A stretch of DNA of 64,000 nucleotides from Staphylococcus phage vB_SepM_BE08. The stretch is taken from sequence record MT596505.1; one strand, written 5' to 3'. The position numbers and the translations under genes were made by a program. Positions 1 through 9,231 of the stretch are shown here, piece by piece. The first letter of the stretch is position 1, and every line of letters starts with the position of its first letter. The notes beneath the pieces were generated by a model that was not told the DNA's origin, made no database searches, and worked only from the letters and a program-made list of their open reading frames with translations.

Positions 1-180
1 ATAATTAAAGAAGATACCAGTAATTATGAAAGCATATATAATGTCATGTTACTTGATACTAACTCAAAAAAGCCTGAATTATATTTCTCTGAGCCTATAA
101 CACTAGAAGAAATAGAAGAGTTTGGATTTAATCTAGTAAGTAAAAAAGGTAACTATAATATTAAGATAGAATACAGTTAA
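1..180 (+). CDS. 3' end (59 codons) of a plus-strand gene, convergent with the minus-strand array; hypothetical
   Basis: Frame 1 is open from base 1 to a TAA at 178-180. A terminator follows at 254-288. Confidence 0.4.
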   Translation: MIKEDTSNYESIYNVMLLDTNSKKPELYFSEPITLEEIEEFGFNLVSKKGNYNIKIEYS

Positions 181-253
181 TACTACATGGACTATACATT
201 AGAATAGTTTAACTATATATTAGAACAATTGAATAGTATATCAGAATAGTTGA

Positions 254-288
254 GTACCGCTTCAGTAATATAGAAGCGGTACTTTTTT
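254..288 (+). terminator. Rho-independent terminator
   Basis: Perfect 10-bp stem gtaccgcttc/gaagcggtac, 9-nt loop, then a T6 run. GC-rich hairpin in AT-rich DNA. Confidence 0.75.
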
Positions 289-362
289 GTTTATTATTAA
301 GTTGTATACAATAGTAATGTAATGTTTAAATATACTATAGTAGTAATATAAATAAATTATAG

Positions 363-387
363 TAAACAGGTAACGTCAAAACAGGTC
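363..387. repeat. Two direct AAACAGGT repeats 15 bp apart (iteron-like)
   Basis: aaacaggtaa at 363-372 and aaacaggtca at 378-387, inside the non-coding tract. Confidence 0.5.
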
Positions 388-558
388 AAGACAACGAATA
401 GGACAGACAAAAAAATCCTAGGGTAATTGGTTTACTTTTTTCTTTTTTTCTATATACTTTTAATTTTTCCTTATTTATACTATATGGTTTTCTTCTCTCC
501 TTTTATCTCCTCTCTTCTACTTTTTTAAATAACTCTACCTACATATCTATTTTTTTAT

Positions 559-584
559 CTATATATATATATATATATATATAT
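559..584. repeat. (TA)13 dinucleotide microsatellite
   Basis: atatatatatatatatatatatatat read directly. Confidence 0.95.
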
Positions 585-730
585 GTCTATATACTTTATT
601 CCTCCCTTTTAATAATCAAAGAGTAATAATACAAAGAATAGGAGTTTTATTTATATATTAATAAGTAATAAGTAATTAGTTTCTTTTTTCCTTGGTTTTC
701 TTTTTTTTTCTTATTTTATTTAAAGTCAAC

Positions 731-749
731 ATTATTATTATTATTATTA
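731..749. repeat. (ATT)6 trinucleotide repeat
   Basis: attattattattattatt read directly, within the pyrimidine-rich non-coding tract. Confidence 0.9.
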
Positions 750-903
750 CTATACCTCATCCCTATTTCTTCTATATTACTTTATTAATAAAACCCCTAT
801 ATATACTACTTATACATAAGGGTCTTTACTTATATTATTCTTATTCTACTTGTACATACTTACTTAACTGATAAATAATTTTTTTATGTTATTCTATTCA
901 TAA

Positions 904-1062
904 TTATTTACTATATAATTTAGCTAAAGTTTCAAGCGGTAATTCAATTAATTCCCCACTAAATAATAAATCTTTTACTTTTTTAGGTACAGATACATGA
1001 TAATCTAAGTTTAAACTATTTATGATTTCACTAGCTTTCCAGTTTAATTCAATTTTATACAT
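904..1062 (-). CDS. Small hypothetical ORF (52 aa)
   Basis: ATG at 1062 to TAA at 904. Weak RBS. Below the ORF-track length threshold. Confidence 0.25.
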   Translation of the reverse strand: MYKIELNWKASEIINSLNLDYHVSVPKKVKDLLFSGELIELPLETLAKLYSK

Positions 1063-1149
1063 AGAATTTTCTCTAACCTTTTGATGTAACTTTTTAATAA
1101 GTTCTGGTTTATGAGTTAAATGTTGAAACTATGCCTAATGATTTTAATT

Positions 1150-1392
1150 TCATTTATTAATCCTCCTTCTAATTTTAGCATAATCCCACAGCTGTTTATA
1201 TTCTGGAATAACAGGTAATAAATAATACTTATCTGTACTATTCTTATTTAGTTTCTTCAAAACTCTTTTTGCTTTCTTTTTATTAGGGAATATTCTTGGC
1301 GTTATCTTAGTTAAAATAGTAAAATCTTTATACTTCTTATCATAAAAAGCAATTGAGTGTTCAAGTTCTGTAGCTATAACATATTTAGTCAT
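1150..1392 (-). CDS. Hypothetical protein (80 aa)
   Basis: ORF in the co-directional tightly packed array. Confidence 0.5.
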   Translation of the reverse strand: MTKYVIATELEHSIAFYDKKYKDFTILTKITPRIFPNKKKAKRVLKKLNKNSTDKYYLLPVIPEYKQLWDYAKIRRRINK

Positions 1393-1487
1393 TATTAATC
1401 CTCCTTATTAAATTTACCTTTATTATACAACAAAACCTCAACTATGTCAATAGCTTAAGTTTTTTTATAATAATCACAGCTCCTTTT

Positions 1488-1880
1488 TTAACTATCTATA
1501 AAGTTATTCAATTTTATTTCTCTATCTCTAGCTTCTATTCTTTCTTTTCTATCTCTTTCTTTCTCACGTTTTTCAATTCTTTTTTGAGTATCTAAATGTT
1601 CTTTTAGGCAATAATGTAAAAAATCCATTAACGTTTCACAATGTTTATATTTTTCATAATCAGTATTCATTTTATGACTAAGAACACCTGCATAATGACC
1701 ATGTGTGATAAATGCAATAACCTCACCTTTATAGAGGACATTAATCCCAGAGGGGAGTATGTCACCTAGCTGGCAATCTCGATATTTAATTTTAAATCCT
1801 TGTTCACGCATTGTTTCAGTTTGTATATTACCTAACTCTTTAACCTTATCTACTAAAGCGTCAAACACTTTAAATTCCAT
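1488..1880 (-). CDS. Hypothetical protein (130 aa) with a charged Arg/Glu-rich C-terminus
   Basis: ORF in the array. C-terminal KRIEKREKERDRKERIEARDREIK. Confidence 0.55.
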   Translation of the reverse strand: MEFKVFDALVDKVKELGNIQTETMREQGFKIKYRDCQLGDILPSGINVLYKGEVIAFITHGHYAGVLSHKMNTDYEKYKHCETLMDFLHYCLKEHLDTQKRIEKREKERDRKERIEARDREIKLNNFIDS

Positions 1881-1893
1881 TACTACCTCTCCT

Positions 1894-2337
1894 TTAGCTT
1901 AAATACATACCAATCTTAGGTTCTGATAGTTTATTTCTATATTCTAGGAAACTAAGACTTATATGTTCTATATTATATTCATGATGTTTTACTTTAAAGA
2001 AAAGGTAAAAGGCATCTGCAATATCGTTATCGTAATTTGAAAAGAAATCTTCAATTTCAAAAGTTGCACCATCTATGTTTATAGACATAATAGTACTTAT
2101 ATCAGACTTGTTAAACAAATGTAATCTCTCTACTAATGCTTTATACTTCTGAATTAAATGCTTATCATTAATAGTTGCACGAAGTATATTAGTAAAACTA
2201 TAGCTGTAATCATTATTTTTCAACGTTTCACGTATACTAAAATCTAAATCTGACACAAATAGAGATAATAGTTCTCTTGTATGCTCTAATTCTTCCTTTT
2301 TGTTTTTATTTATTAATTCTTTAATATCAATAGTCAT
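1894..2337 (-). CDS. Hypothetical protein (147 aa)
   Basis: ORF in the array. Confidence 0.55.
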   Translation of the reverse strand: MTIDIKELINKNKKEELEHTRELLSLFVSDLDFSIRETLKNNDYSYSFTNILRATINDKHLIQKYKALVERLHLFNKSDISTIMSINIDGATFEIEDFFSNYDNDIADAFYLFFKVKHHEYNIEHISLSFLEYRNKLSEPKIGMYLS

Positions 2338-2357
2338 TATCCATTCTCCTTTACTTT

Positions 2358-2696
2358 TTATCTATTTGCCACTTTAATCAGTTCATCTATTAAATTGCTT
2401 ACTTTTTTAATTTCTTCTAAACCAGAAAATTCAAGACAAATTCTTTCAAATTCTCTATGGTTTACGATAGGTTCTGCATTATTATAAACCACATCTCTAC
2501 TATTCTCATATCCATTTTCAATGATAAGTGCTAAATAACCATCTTCAGTTTTTGCTGTTTTAAGTATATTCTTATTTTTTTCTATGATGATAGAAGAAGT
2601 CATTACATCATCATATTTAATTATTTTTTTATTATCTTCCTTTGCTTCATCTTCAGTTAAAGTATCGTAAATAACTTCTTTCCAAACATTAGTCAT
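2358..2696 (-). CDS. Hypothetical protein (112 aa)
   Basis: ORF in the array. Confidence 0.55.
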   Translation of the reverse strand: MTNVWKEVIYDTLTEDEAKEDNKKIIKYDDVMTSSIIIEKNKNILKTAKTEDGYLALIIENGYENSRDVVYNNAEPIVNHREFERICLEFSGLEEIKKVSNLIDELIKVANR

Positions 2697-2714
2697 TATT
2701 CATTCTCCTTTATG

Positions 2715-3170
2715 TTACTTCCTTTTATTTTTTACATAATCCATTTGTTTTTGGTATAACCCATCGTCTTTTTCTTTTTCCATTAATAAAGGTAATACAG
2801 TATTATAAGCATAATCATTTATTTTTCTTCTATTTTTAGATAATTTAATTCTATTGCCTACACTATTACCATATTTTACTCTTAAATCATCACATTTATC
2901 AGCTAAAAATTCAAAAGGTGCTGTTATAATACTAAAAATAAAGTAAACACCTTCTAATATATACTCAGGAATTTTTAAAAAGAAAGCTTTAATACTATGA
3001 ATACATCTTTCTCTCTTCCATTTTTTAATTAGCTTTTTTAAATAAGGTCTATGTTCTTTAGCAATTTCTAATTGTTCTTCGTTTAAGAAATCAGAATTAT
3101 CATTAACGATATACTCTCCAAAAGCACTATAAACTTCATTTTTAATTCTTTTTACCATAATACTATTCAC
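2715..3170 (-). CDS. Hypothetical protein (151 aa), possible membrane segment
   Basis: ORF in the array. Hydrophobic stretch VYFIFSIITAPFEFL. Confidence 0.55.
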   Translation of the reverse strand: MNSIMVKRIKNEVYSAFGEYIVNDNSDFLNEEQLEIAKEHRPYLKKLIKKWKRERCIHSIKAFFLKIPEYILEGVYFIFSIITAPFEFLADKCDDLRVKYGNSVGNRIKLSKNRRKINDYAYNTVLPLLMEKEKDDGLYQKQMDYVKNKRK

Positions 3171-3173
3171 TCC

Positions 3174-3410
3174 TTAGTTTTTATCATCTCCAACAGTAGC
3201 AAACGCAATTCTTAAAGCTAATCTTTCCATAATATGTGATAGTGATTTATCTAGAAATTTGTCAAATTCATCTCTATATTCTTCTATTACATCTAAAACT
3301 TCTTCATCTTCTTTACTATCAAACTCAGTCATAATATCCCAAATATTTATATCATACTTACTATTTTTTAATACTTGCATAACTTTATCATAATCAATTC
3401 TATTACTCAT
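3174..3410 (-). CDS. Hypothetical protein (78 aa), acidic
   Basis: ORF in the array. Confidence 0.5.
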   Translation of the reverse strand: MSNRIDYDKVMQVLKNSKYDINIWDIMTEFDSKEDEEVLDVIEEYRDEFDKFLDKSLSHIMERLALRIAFATVGDDKN

Positions 3411-3412
3411 AA

Positions 3413-3832
3413 CTACTTCTCCTCCTCTTTTATATTAATAATTAATTCGTCAAAACCATGTATATAGGTATATGATTGATAATTATTATTATCATCACCA
3501 TATCCCTCTTCATAAGGAACAGCTATTGTTTGTCTTGATTCGTCAGAATATACTAATGTAACATGAGCAATATCATCAAATTCAGTAAGTCTATTGAATA
3601 TTACTTCCTCATTTTCAAAATTAAAAGGGTTATATCGTAATTTTGTCGATTTTTTTACAATAAAGTAAATATCTTGTGCACTTTTATACGTTTCTACTTC
3701 CTCGTCTTCATAATTTAAATGTTCAATACTATCAGAAATACCTTTAATATGAAGACCTCTAATATATTTTGATTGTATTTCCATACTATCGCAATTTTCA
3801 AATGTTAAAATAATACTTTTTAATTTACTCAT
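3413..3832 (-). CDS. Hypothetical protein (139 aa)
   Basis: ORF in the array. Confidence 0.55.
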   Translation of the reverse strand: MSKLKSIILTFENCDSMEIQSKYIRGLHIKGISDSIEHLNYEDEEVETYKSAQDIYFIVKKSTKLRYNPFNFENEEVIFNRLTEFDDIAHVTLVYSDESRQTIAVPYEEGYGDDNNNYQSYTYIHGFDELIINIKEEEK

Positions 3833-3863
3833 ACTATATTCTCCTTAATTTTTTAAATATCAA

Positions 3864-4064
3864 CTAAATTATTTTATTAGCTTTCTCTAATGCTAACATT
3901 AGTTCAGTCATTACATCCCTTTTTTCAGAATTAGAAACGGGTAAATCAAGATACTCTTTAATAATTTTATGTGCCTGAACATAACTTAAGTCATCAATAT
4001 TTTCTGATTTACTTACTACTTTATTTGCTTTATCATGTAAATTTTTAATTTGTTTATTATTCAT
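3864..4064 (-). CDS. Hypothetical protein (66 aa)
   Basis: ORF in the array. Confidence 0.45.
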   Translation of the reverse strand: MNNKQIKNLHDKANKVVSKSENIDDLSYVQAHKIIKEYLDLPVSNSEKRDVMTELMLALEKANKII

Positions 4065-4076
4065 AATTACCTCTCC

Positions 4077-4523
4077 TTAATTTATATTAACATATCTACG
4101 AACGAATTTCTTAATATTTACTTTTGTAGAATGTTTATACCATTTCTTTAAATGAATGTCATAACCTTGAAGTATAAAGTACTTAATACCATTTCCTAAA
4201 TGTATTTCTGTTTCAATAGCCTGGTCTTTAAACCTTGACTTTGCATAACCATTTTTAATACTAAATATTCTAGTCGTGTCTTGCCAACGTTTAGGAGTTT
4301 CTTCAAACATGTATTCTAAGATAGGATAATGGTTTTTATTATCAAAACTTAAAGTGTTTTTATATAAATATGCTTTCCTATTCTCAATTTCTATTGGAAT
4401 AGGGTTTTGAGAAAACCAAGCACACTTATCATTATTCTCTTTTTTAATAACAAGAACACCATAATCTAAACTAGCCATTCTAATCACCTTTTCCTTTATA
4501 TTAAGTATATTTATAATATACAC
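4077..4523 (-). CDS. Hypothetical protein (148 aa)
   Basis: ORF with AAGGTGA RBS. Consensus promoter immediately upstream. Confidence 0.6.
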   Translation of the reverse strand: MYIINILNIKEKVIRMASLDYGVLVIKKENNDKCAWFSQNPIPIEIENRKAYLYKNTLSFDNKNHYPILEYMFEETPKRWQDTTRIFSIKNGYAKSRFKDQAIETEIHLGNGIKYFILQGYDIHLKKWYKHSTKVNIKKFVRRYVNIN

Positions 4524-4543
4524 TATATTTATACAGTTGTCAA
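4515..4543 (-). promoter_or_regulatory. Sigma-A-like promoter (TTGACA-17-TATATT) for the 4077..4523 gene
   Basis: On the minus strand: -35 TTGACA (plus 4538-4543), 17-nt spacer, -10 TATATT (plus 4515-4520). Confidence 0.55.
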
Positions 4544-4663
4544 TAGTTATTTTTAAGTGTTTTTAGAGCTTTATAGTGTTGTTTTATTATTTAGGTACAT
4601 TTATACCTAAAATTTATTAGATATTCTGTATGCTTCTTATATAAGCTTTGTGTAGGTATAAAA

Positions 4664-4691
4664 ATAACCTTTACATATTAGTAAAGGTTAT
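4664..4691 (-). terminator. Intrinsic terminator after the 4710..5114 gene
   Basis: 11-bp perfect inverted repeat ataacctttac/gtaaaggttat with a 6-nt loop, followed by a T-run on the minus strand. Confidence 0.6.
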
Positions 4692-4709
4692 TTGTTATTT
4701 AAACATTAT

Positions 4710-5114
4710 TTATTTTACCAATTCTCCATCTTTCCAAATGAGTGTCATTGTGTCATCTTCATTAACTAAATATATACATTTAGTAACAATACGGTTAGAA
4801 GTGTACCCTAGAATATCATTAATACTTACAGATTTATGAATATCCGGAAATTTTGATTTTGTGTAATCTAAATTTGTATATATTTCTAAGACAGAATCTA
4901 GTTTTGTTTTTTCTGTAATTTCTTCTTCAACTTCAACTGTGAAAGTTTCATCTTTATTAATTGGGTCATCTATAAATACTGTTTGAAAACGATTAAACCT
5001 CACACAACTATTATCAAGGTTGCTATAAAATGTTTTTTCTTTAATATTGTTCTTCCAAACATATTCAATCAATTCTGGTAATGCCATTTCTATTTTTCTT
5101 TTAATTTTAACCAT
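4710..5114 (-). CDS. Hypothetical protein (134 aa); paralog of the 5385..5801 product
   Basis: Shared M-KIK-KI-M-L-ELI..NNI..VE-EEEITE-TKL..LE-Y..IH-S-SIN-I..KC-YLV-ED pattern. Confidence 0.6.
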   Translation of the reverse strand: MVKIKRKIEMALPELIEYVWKNNIKEKTFYSNLDNSCVRFNRFQTVFIDDPINKDETFTVEVEEEITEKTKLDSVLEIYTNLDYTKSKFPDIHKSVSINDILGYTSNRIVTKCIYLVNEDDTMTLIWKDGELVK

Positions 5115-5125
5115 AATATCTCTCC

Positions 5126-5392
5126 TTAGTCTATAAAATCATACGTTTGTTTAAAAATATATGGTTTAACCGCATAAAACTCACCTTGTACACCTTTCAC
5201 AACATAGTCTCCTTCAGATACTCCTAGAGTTCCTTCTAATGTATCAATACCGAAAAGAATATCAAAATTAACCTCATCATAAAAAGGATGAGCTTTACCA
5301 TTAGTCCAGTCACAAATTTCTTGTTTGTTTTCATCTCCATTATACTGAATATATTCAACTTCTACTGGTTTCTTTTTTGCTTTTTTAATCAT
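5126..5392 (-). CDS. Hypothetical protein (88 aa)
   Basis: ORF between the two paralogs. Confidence 0.5.
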   Translation of the reverse strand: MIKKAKKKPVEVEYIQYNGDENKQEICDWTNGKAHPFYDEVNFDILFGIDTLEGTLGVSEGDYVVKGVQGEFYAVKPYIFKQTYDFID

Positions 5393-5801
5393 TGTTTATA
5401 TCTCCTTTACTATCACATACATTCATGTAAATCAATGACATTGACATATCTTCTTGTACTAAATACAAACATTTAGTCTTAAATTCATCTTGGTTATTTG
5501 TAATAATTTCATTAATACTTTTACTACGGTGTATAGTAGAACAAACTTCTCCTGAATAAGTATTATAATATAATTCTAATATAACTTCTAACTTTGTTCC
5601 TTCAGTAATTTCTTCTTCAATCTCTACAGATATGTTACTATCTATATTAAAGCAACCACTAACTGATATGTCTCCAAACATATCAAAACTAACTATATCT
5701 CCAAAATTATTTTTATAATCTTTTGAAGTTATATTATTTTCTTTTGCCCATTTAATTAGTTCATCTAAACTCATTGTAATTTCTTTTTTAATTTTTATCA
5801 C
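5385..5801 (-). CDS. Hypothetical protein (138 aa); paralog of the 4710..5114 product; GTG start
   Basis: GTG start at 5801 with an AGGAGG RBS 8 nt upstream. Sequence similarity to 4710..5114. Confidence 0.6.
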   Translation of the reverse strand: MIKIKKEITMSLDELIKWAKENNITSKDYKNNFGDIVSFDMFGDISVSGCFNIDSNISVEIEEEITEGTKLEVILELYYNTYSGEVCSTIHRSKSINEIITNNQDEFKTKCLYLVQEDMSMSLIYMNVCDSKGDINND

Positions 5802-5901
5802 GAGTTATACCTCCTATATTTTTTATTACCAACTTACTCTTTCTAATCGTTTTTGATAATATGGTAACTCATCATAGAATTCTCTAGCTTCTGTCTTCCT
5901 T

Positions 5902-6105
5902 TTAATCCTTCTTTTTAAACTTTAAAGTCACTACATCTCTAAAATGTTTATTTCTTGTATGCGTTTCTGAAAGTTTATAATTAGTTATCATTTCAATAAC
6001 TTCATAGTCTACTAGGTTCAGACGAGATATATGAATATTAGTTTCATCTTTTCCGTCAAATAATCTTTTTAATATTTTTATTGTTGGTTGCTCAAAGTTT
6101 TTCAT
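5902..6105 (-). CDS. Hypothetical protein (67 aa)
   Basis: ORF in the array. Confidence 0.45.
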   Translation of the reverse strand: MKNFEQPTIKILKRLFDGKDETNIHISRLNLVDYEVIEMITNYKLSETHTRNKHFRDVVTLKFKKKD

Positions 6106-6137
6106 TTTTTAACCCCTTTTGATTAAGTATTGTCTCA

Positions 6138-6536
6138 TTAATGTTTCACCACTGGATAATGAATATCTTTTATTTTTAACGAACATATGCTGTAATAAAA
6201 ATCACCGTTACCTGCATCTGCATAACATTCACCCTGTGCTATAGGGTTTTGGTTATGATATAAAACAACAGTAGCCAAACTTTCTGATTCAGCACTCCAT
6301 GTATCAAACTTTTGTTGTTCTCTCTCATTCTCTATTTTAACATTTGTAATAACTGCATCTAGTTTTACATTAGTCCATTCTCCACCAGCACTTGCACAAC
6401 AATCTTGTTCACTTTCCACTATTTCTACAAGAGTGCCATCATCTAAAGTCAATGTTTTATCAGTCCATTCCTTGACTTTTTTATATAACAATTGTTTTTT
6501 TATTTCCTTAAATTCTTTATAATTAATTTTATACAT
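6138..6536 (-). CDS. Hypothetical protein (132 aa)
   Basis: ORF in the array. Confidence 0.55.
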   Translation of the reverse strand: MYKINYKEFKEIKKQLLYKKVKEWTDKTLTLDDGTLVEIVESEQDCCASAGGEWTNVKLDAVITNVKIENEREQQKFDTWSAESESLATVVLYHNQNPIAQGECYADAGNGDFYYSICSLKIKDIHYPVVKH

Positions 6537-6564
6537 TTATATTCACTCCATACTTAGTATTTAT

Positions 6565-6918
6565 TTAGTGTTCTTCTATTTTTTCACTCATTGATTGAAT
6601 AATGTGTAATACCATAGTTGCTAAATCGTTTTTTACATCATCACCAGTATAAACATTAGCTAGTGTGTCGCAAAGCGGACATGTACCATAAAAATCCGAT
6701 GTCGTTATATCCGGAACACCATCTACTTTAGATTTAAAAGTACAAAATATTTGTCCTTGATAATCTCCTAAATATCTAACAATAGGTGTAGTATTATGTG
6801 TATCTTTTAAAACCAGTTCTCCTGCTAATTGATGTAAATCTTCATAAAAATAATGATTATTAGTATCTATGTGCTTTTTAATTTCTTTTGTAGTGATTCC
6901 TTTAGCATTTTCAATCAT
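6565..6918 (-). CDS. Hypothetical protein (117 aa)
   Basis: ORF in the array. Confidence 0.55.
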   Translation of the reverse strand: MIENAKGITTKEIKKHIDTNNHYFYEDLHQLAGELVLKDTHNTTPIVRYLGDYQGQIFCTFKSKVDGVPDITTSDFYGTCPLCDTLANVYTGDDVKNDLATMVLHIIQSMSEKIEEH

Positions 6919-6921
6919 TTA

Positions 6922-7140
6922 TTATTCCTCCATGTTTTTTATAATATTAATTATATCTAAGTACATATTAATATATTTATCCATTAATTTTAATTGTTTT
7001 TGGTATAAATCTGTATCTATAGTTGAATCTATACTACAACATTGAGCTATAAAATCTTCTTTATAATTAACAATATTGGAAAGTTCCTTAAGTAATACTT
7101 CTATCGGTTCTCTTACATACGTTAATTTACTTTCGACCAT
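6922..7140 (-). CDS. Hypothetical protein (72 aa)
   Basis: ORF in the array. Confidence 0.45.
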   Translation of the reverse strand: MVESKLTYVREPIEVLLKELSNIVNYKEDFIAQCCSIDSTIDTDLYQKQLKLMDKYINMYLDIINIIKNMEE

Positions 7141-7160
7141 AATTGTGTTACTAACACTCC

Positions 7161-7454
7161 TTATTCAACTTCAAATCCATTTTTAACTAGTTCTTTTCTG
7201 AAATACTTAACTGCTTCTACTGCTTCATTATAAGTATTTATATGTTCTTCCATTTCTTCTAATGCAAGAACACCAGGACTACTTGTTCCAATTTTGAAAT
7301 ATGTTTCTACACCCATATCACTTTTACCATAACCGTGAATATCTGTATGAGGTTTTGTTCTATCAATAGGTGTTACTTTAAGAATTCTAATATACTCACT
7401 CCCTAATACTGTTAATTTATAGTTACCAAATTCCGTTTCAAATTGTTTTTCCAT
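7161..7454 (-). CDS. Hypothetical protein (97 aa)
   Basis: ORF in the array. Confidence 0.5.
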   Translation of the reverse strand: MEKQFETEFGNYKLTVLGSEYIRILKVTPIDRTKPHTDIHGYGKSDMGVETYFKIGTSSPGVLALEEMEEHINTYNEAVEAVKYFRKELVKNGFEVE

Positions 7455-7544
7455 AATATCAATCTCCTTTTTACTTGTTAAATCAATCTTAACATATAAA
7501 AATTATAATGTCAACAGCTAAATAAAAAAAAGGAGTAAGTTTCC

Positions 7545-8045
7545 CTACTTCTTTATTATACTAATATCTAAAAAATCATTATCTCTTATTTTATGGTTTT
7601 TAATATTAATATTTTTATTATTTTCAAGACTAATTTTATCTCCTGATTCTATGTTTTTACTGTGTCTAGAATTAATAACATACAATTCATTTTTTGCATC
7701 TTTAAAGTATATTTTTTGCTCTATTGCATCTCTATCATCTACTTTTGGTTCAAAGTTTTCTACTTCTGTTACTTTAGTATAACCTTTTGTTTCATAAATT
7801 TTATCTTTTACAAGTAAATAATTCATTGTTAAACCAAAGATAATAACACCAAATACTAATGGAGGTACAACTATAGAATGAAGTATAAAAGATGAAGATA
7901 ATTTTATTTTTTCTACACTTAAAAAGAATATTGAAAAAACAATAATAGCAAATATAGATATAGTAATACCTTCTACAATAAGGTCAGTATTAAAGTTTTC
8001 TTTTAAAAACTCAAAATAACCTATATCTACTTTATTTATATCCAT
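7545..8045 (-). CDS. Hypothetical membrane protein (166 aa, two N-terminal TM segments)
   Basis: Hydrophobic stretches ITISIFAIIVFSIFFL and VVPPLVFGVIIFGLTM. Confidence 0.55.
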   Translation of the reverse strand: MDINKVDIGYFEFLKENFNTDLIVEGITISIFAIIVFSIFFLSVEKIKLSSSFILHSIVVPPLVFGVIIFGLTMNYLLVKDKIYETKGYTKVTEVENFEPKVDDRDAIEQKIYFKDAKNELYVINSRHSKNIESGDKISLENNKNINIKNHKIRDNDFLDISIIKK

Positions 8046-8046
8046 A

Positions 8047-8529
8047 TTAAATCCTCCTTATACTTTTTAGTAACTCATTATACTCATAAACATATCCTTT
8101 AACTTTTGAATGTTCTAATAACGATACAATATAATTTGAACTAGACTCACTTTCAAAGTCTTCTGTTGAAACATCTGTATGATTAATTCTAAAATCAGAT
8201 AAATAGATGCGTTCTTTTCCCCCTACTAAATCAACATTAACTACAGCTCTATTAATAATACTTGAAGCACTCTCTGAATCATTTATATTTAAAAGTACTT
8301 CATCTTCAAATTCAATAATTGCTTTATCATAAATTTCTTTATTATCTATATCGTTAACACCACTATAAAATAAAATATTTACATGGTCTGTAACATCTGC
8401 AATCATACCTGATTCTTCATCATAATTTAAATCTCCAGCAAGTACAGTACCATTAGGAAGTAAGCAAACATCACAGTAATCAATGAATTCTTTGTTCATT
8501 GTATTCCAAACTATATATTTAAAAGTCAT
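8047..8529 (-). CDS. Hypothetical protein (160 aa)
   Basis: ORF in the array. Confidence 0.55.
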   Translation of the reverse strand: MTFKYIVWNTMNKEFIDYCDVCLLPNGTVLAGDLNYDEESGMIADVTDHVNILFYSGVNDIDNKEIYDKAIIEFEDEVLLNINDSESASSIINRAVVNVDLVGGKERIYLSDFRINHTDVSTEDFESESSSNYIVSLLEHSKVKGYVYEYNELLKSIRRI

Positions 8530-8553
8530 TTATATTTAACTCCTTTTTAATTA

Positions 8554-8754
8554 TTACTGATTAGGTAAACCAGCTTCTAGACATTCATTATATGCTCTTT
8601 CGTTATCAATTTCTGTTCTATAATAATCAATAATTTGTCCGATTTCAAGATGTGTCATTTTGTTAATTTCACTAGCTTTATATATTTCATCATCTTTTAA
8701 TCCGTATTCTTTTTGTAATCCTTGCACATATTTAATTTGTTTCTTTGTAGCCAT
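8554..8754 (-). CDS. Hypothetical protein (66 aa)
   Basis: ORF in the array. Confidence 0.45.
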   Translation of the reverse strand: MATKKQIKYVQGLQKEYGLKDDEIYKASEINKMTHLEIGQIIDYYRTEIDNERAYNECLEAGLPNQ

Positions 8755-8760
8755 TATAGG

Positions 8761-8928
8761 TCATCCTTCTTTTTTAGTTTTGAATTCTTTATGCATTTTA
8801 TCCCAAGATTCTGCTTTTCTATACACTTCTTCTATTTCTTTATCTATATCATCACTATAAGAACCATATATTATATCTAAGACATCTTGTTTTTCTTTAT
8901 AGTTAATATCATAAATGTTATATGACAT
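8761..8928 (-). CDS. Small hypothetical protein (55 aa); not in the ORF track
   Basis: ATG at 8928 preceded by a GGAGGA RBS. Fills the gap between 8754 and 8944. Confidence 0.45.
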   Translation of the reverse strand: MSYNIYDINYKEKQDVLDIIYGSYSDDIDKEIEEVYRKAESWDKMHKEFKTKKEG

Positions 8929-8943
8929 TACTAAGTTCCTCCT

Positions 8944-9231
8944 TTATTTAAAGTATAAATTAGATAAAAGTGCTAATTCCTTAATCTCTTTTCTACTAGT
9001 TAAACTTAAGTGTTTCTTTTTATTGCCTTTTATAATATCTATCTCGTATAACCAACCATCAAAGTATGGCTTGCTTAAATGCTTCATTAATTCTCTTTCT
9101 AAATAAATAGGGTGGTCTGCTTTAATGTATACACACTTAGAACTAGGTAAATACATTGAATACCTAAGTTGTTGTTGCTCAATCTTTTTTTCTGGGATAT
9201 CGTTAAACCAATCCATAATACGATGCCACAT
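8944..9231 (-). CDS. Hypothetical protein (95 aa)
   Basis: ORF in the array. Confidence 0.5.
   Translation of the reverse strand: MWHRIMDWFNDIPEKKIEQQQLRYSMYLPSSKCVYIKADHPIYLERELMKHLSKPYFDGWLYEIDIIKGNKKKHLSLTSRKEIKELALLSNLYFK

Noticed and set aside
559-584. Possibility of a CRISPR array or tRNA genes in the repeat-rich tract 300..900 and elsewhere
   Set aside because: Only simple microsatellites and short direct repeats are present. No regularly spaced repeat-spacer units of 24-48 bp were found. No cloverleaf-compatible GC-rich 70-90 nt segments were noticed in any intergenic region.
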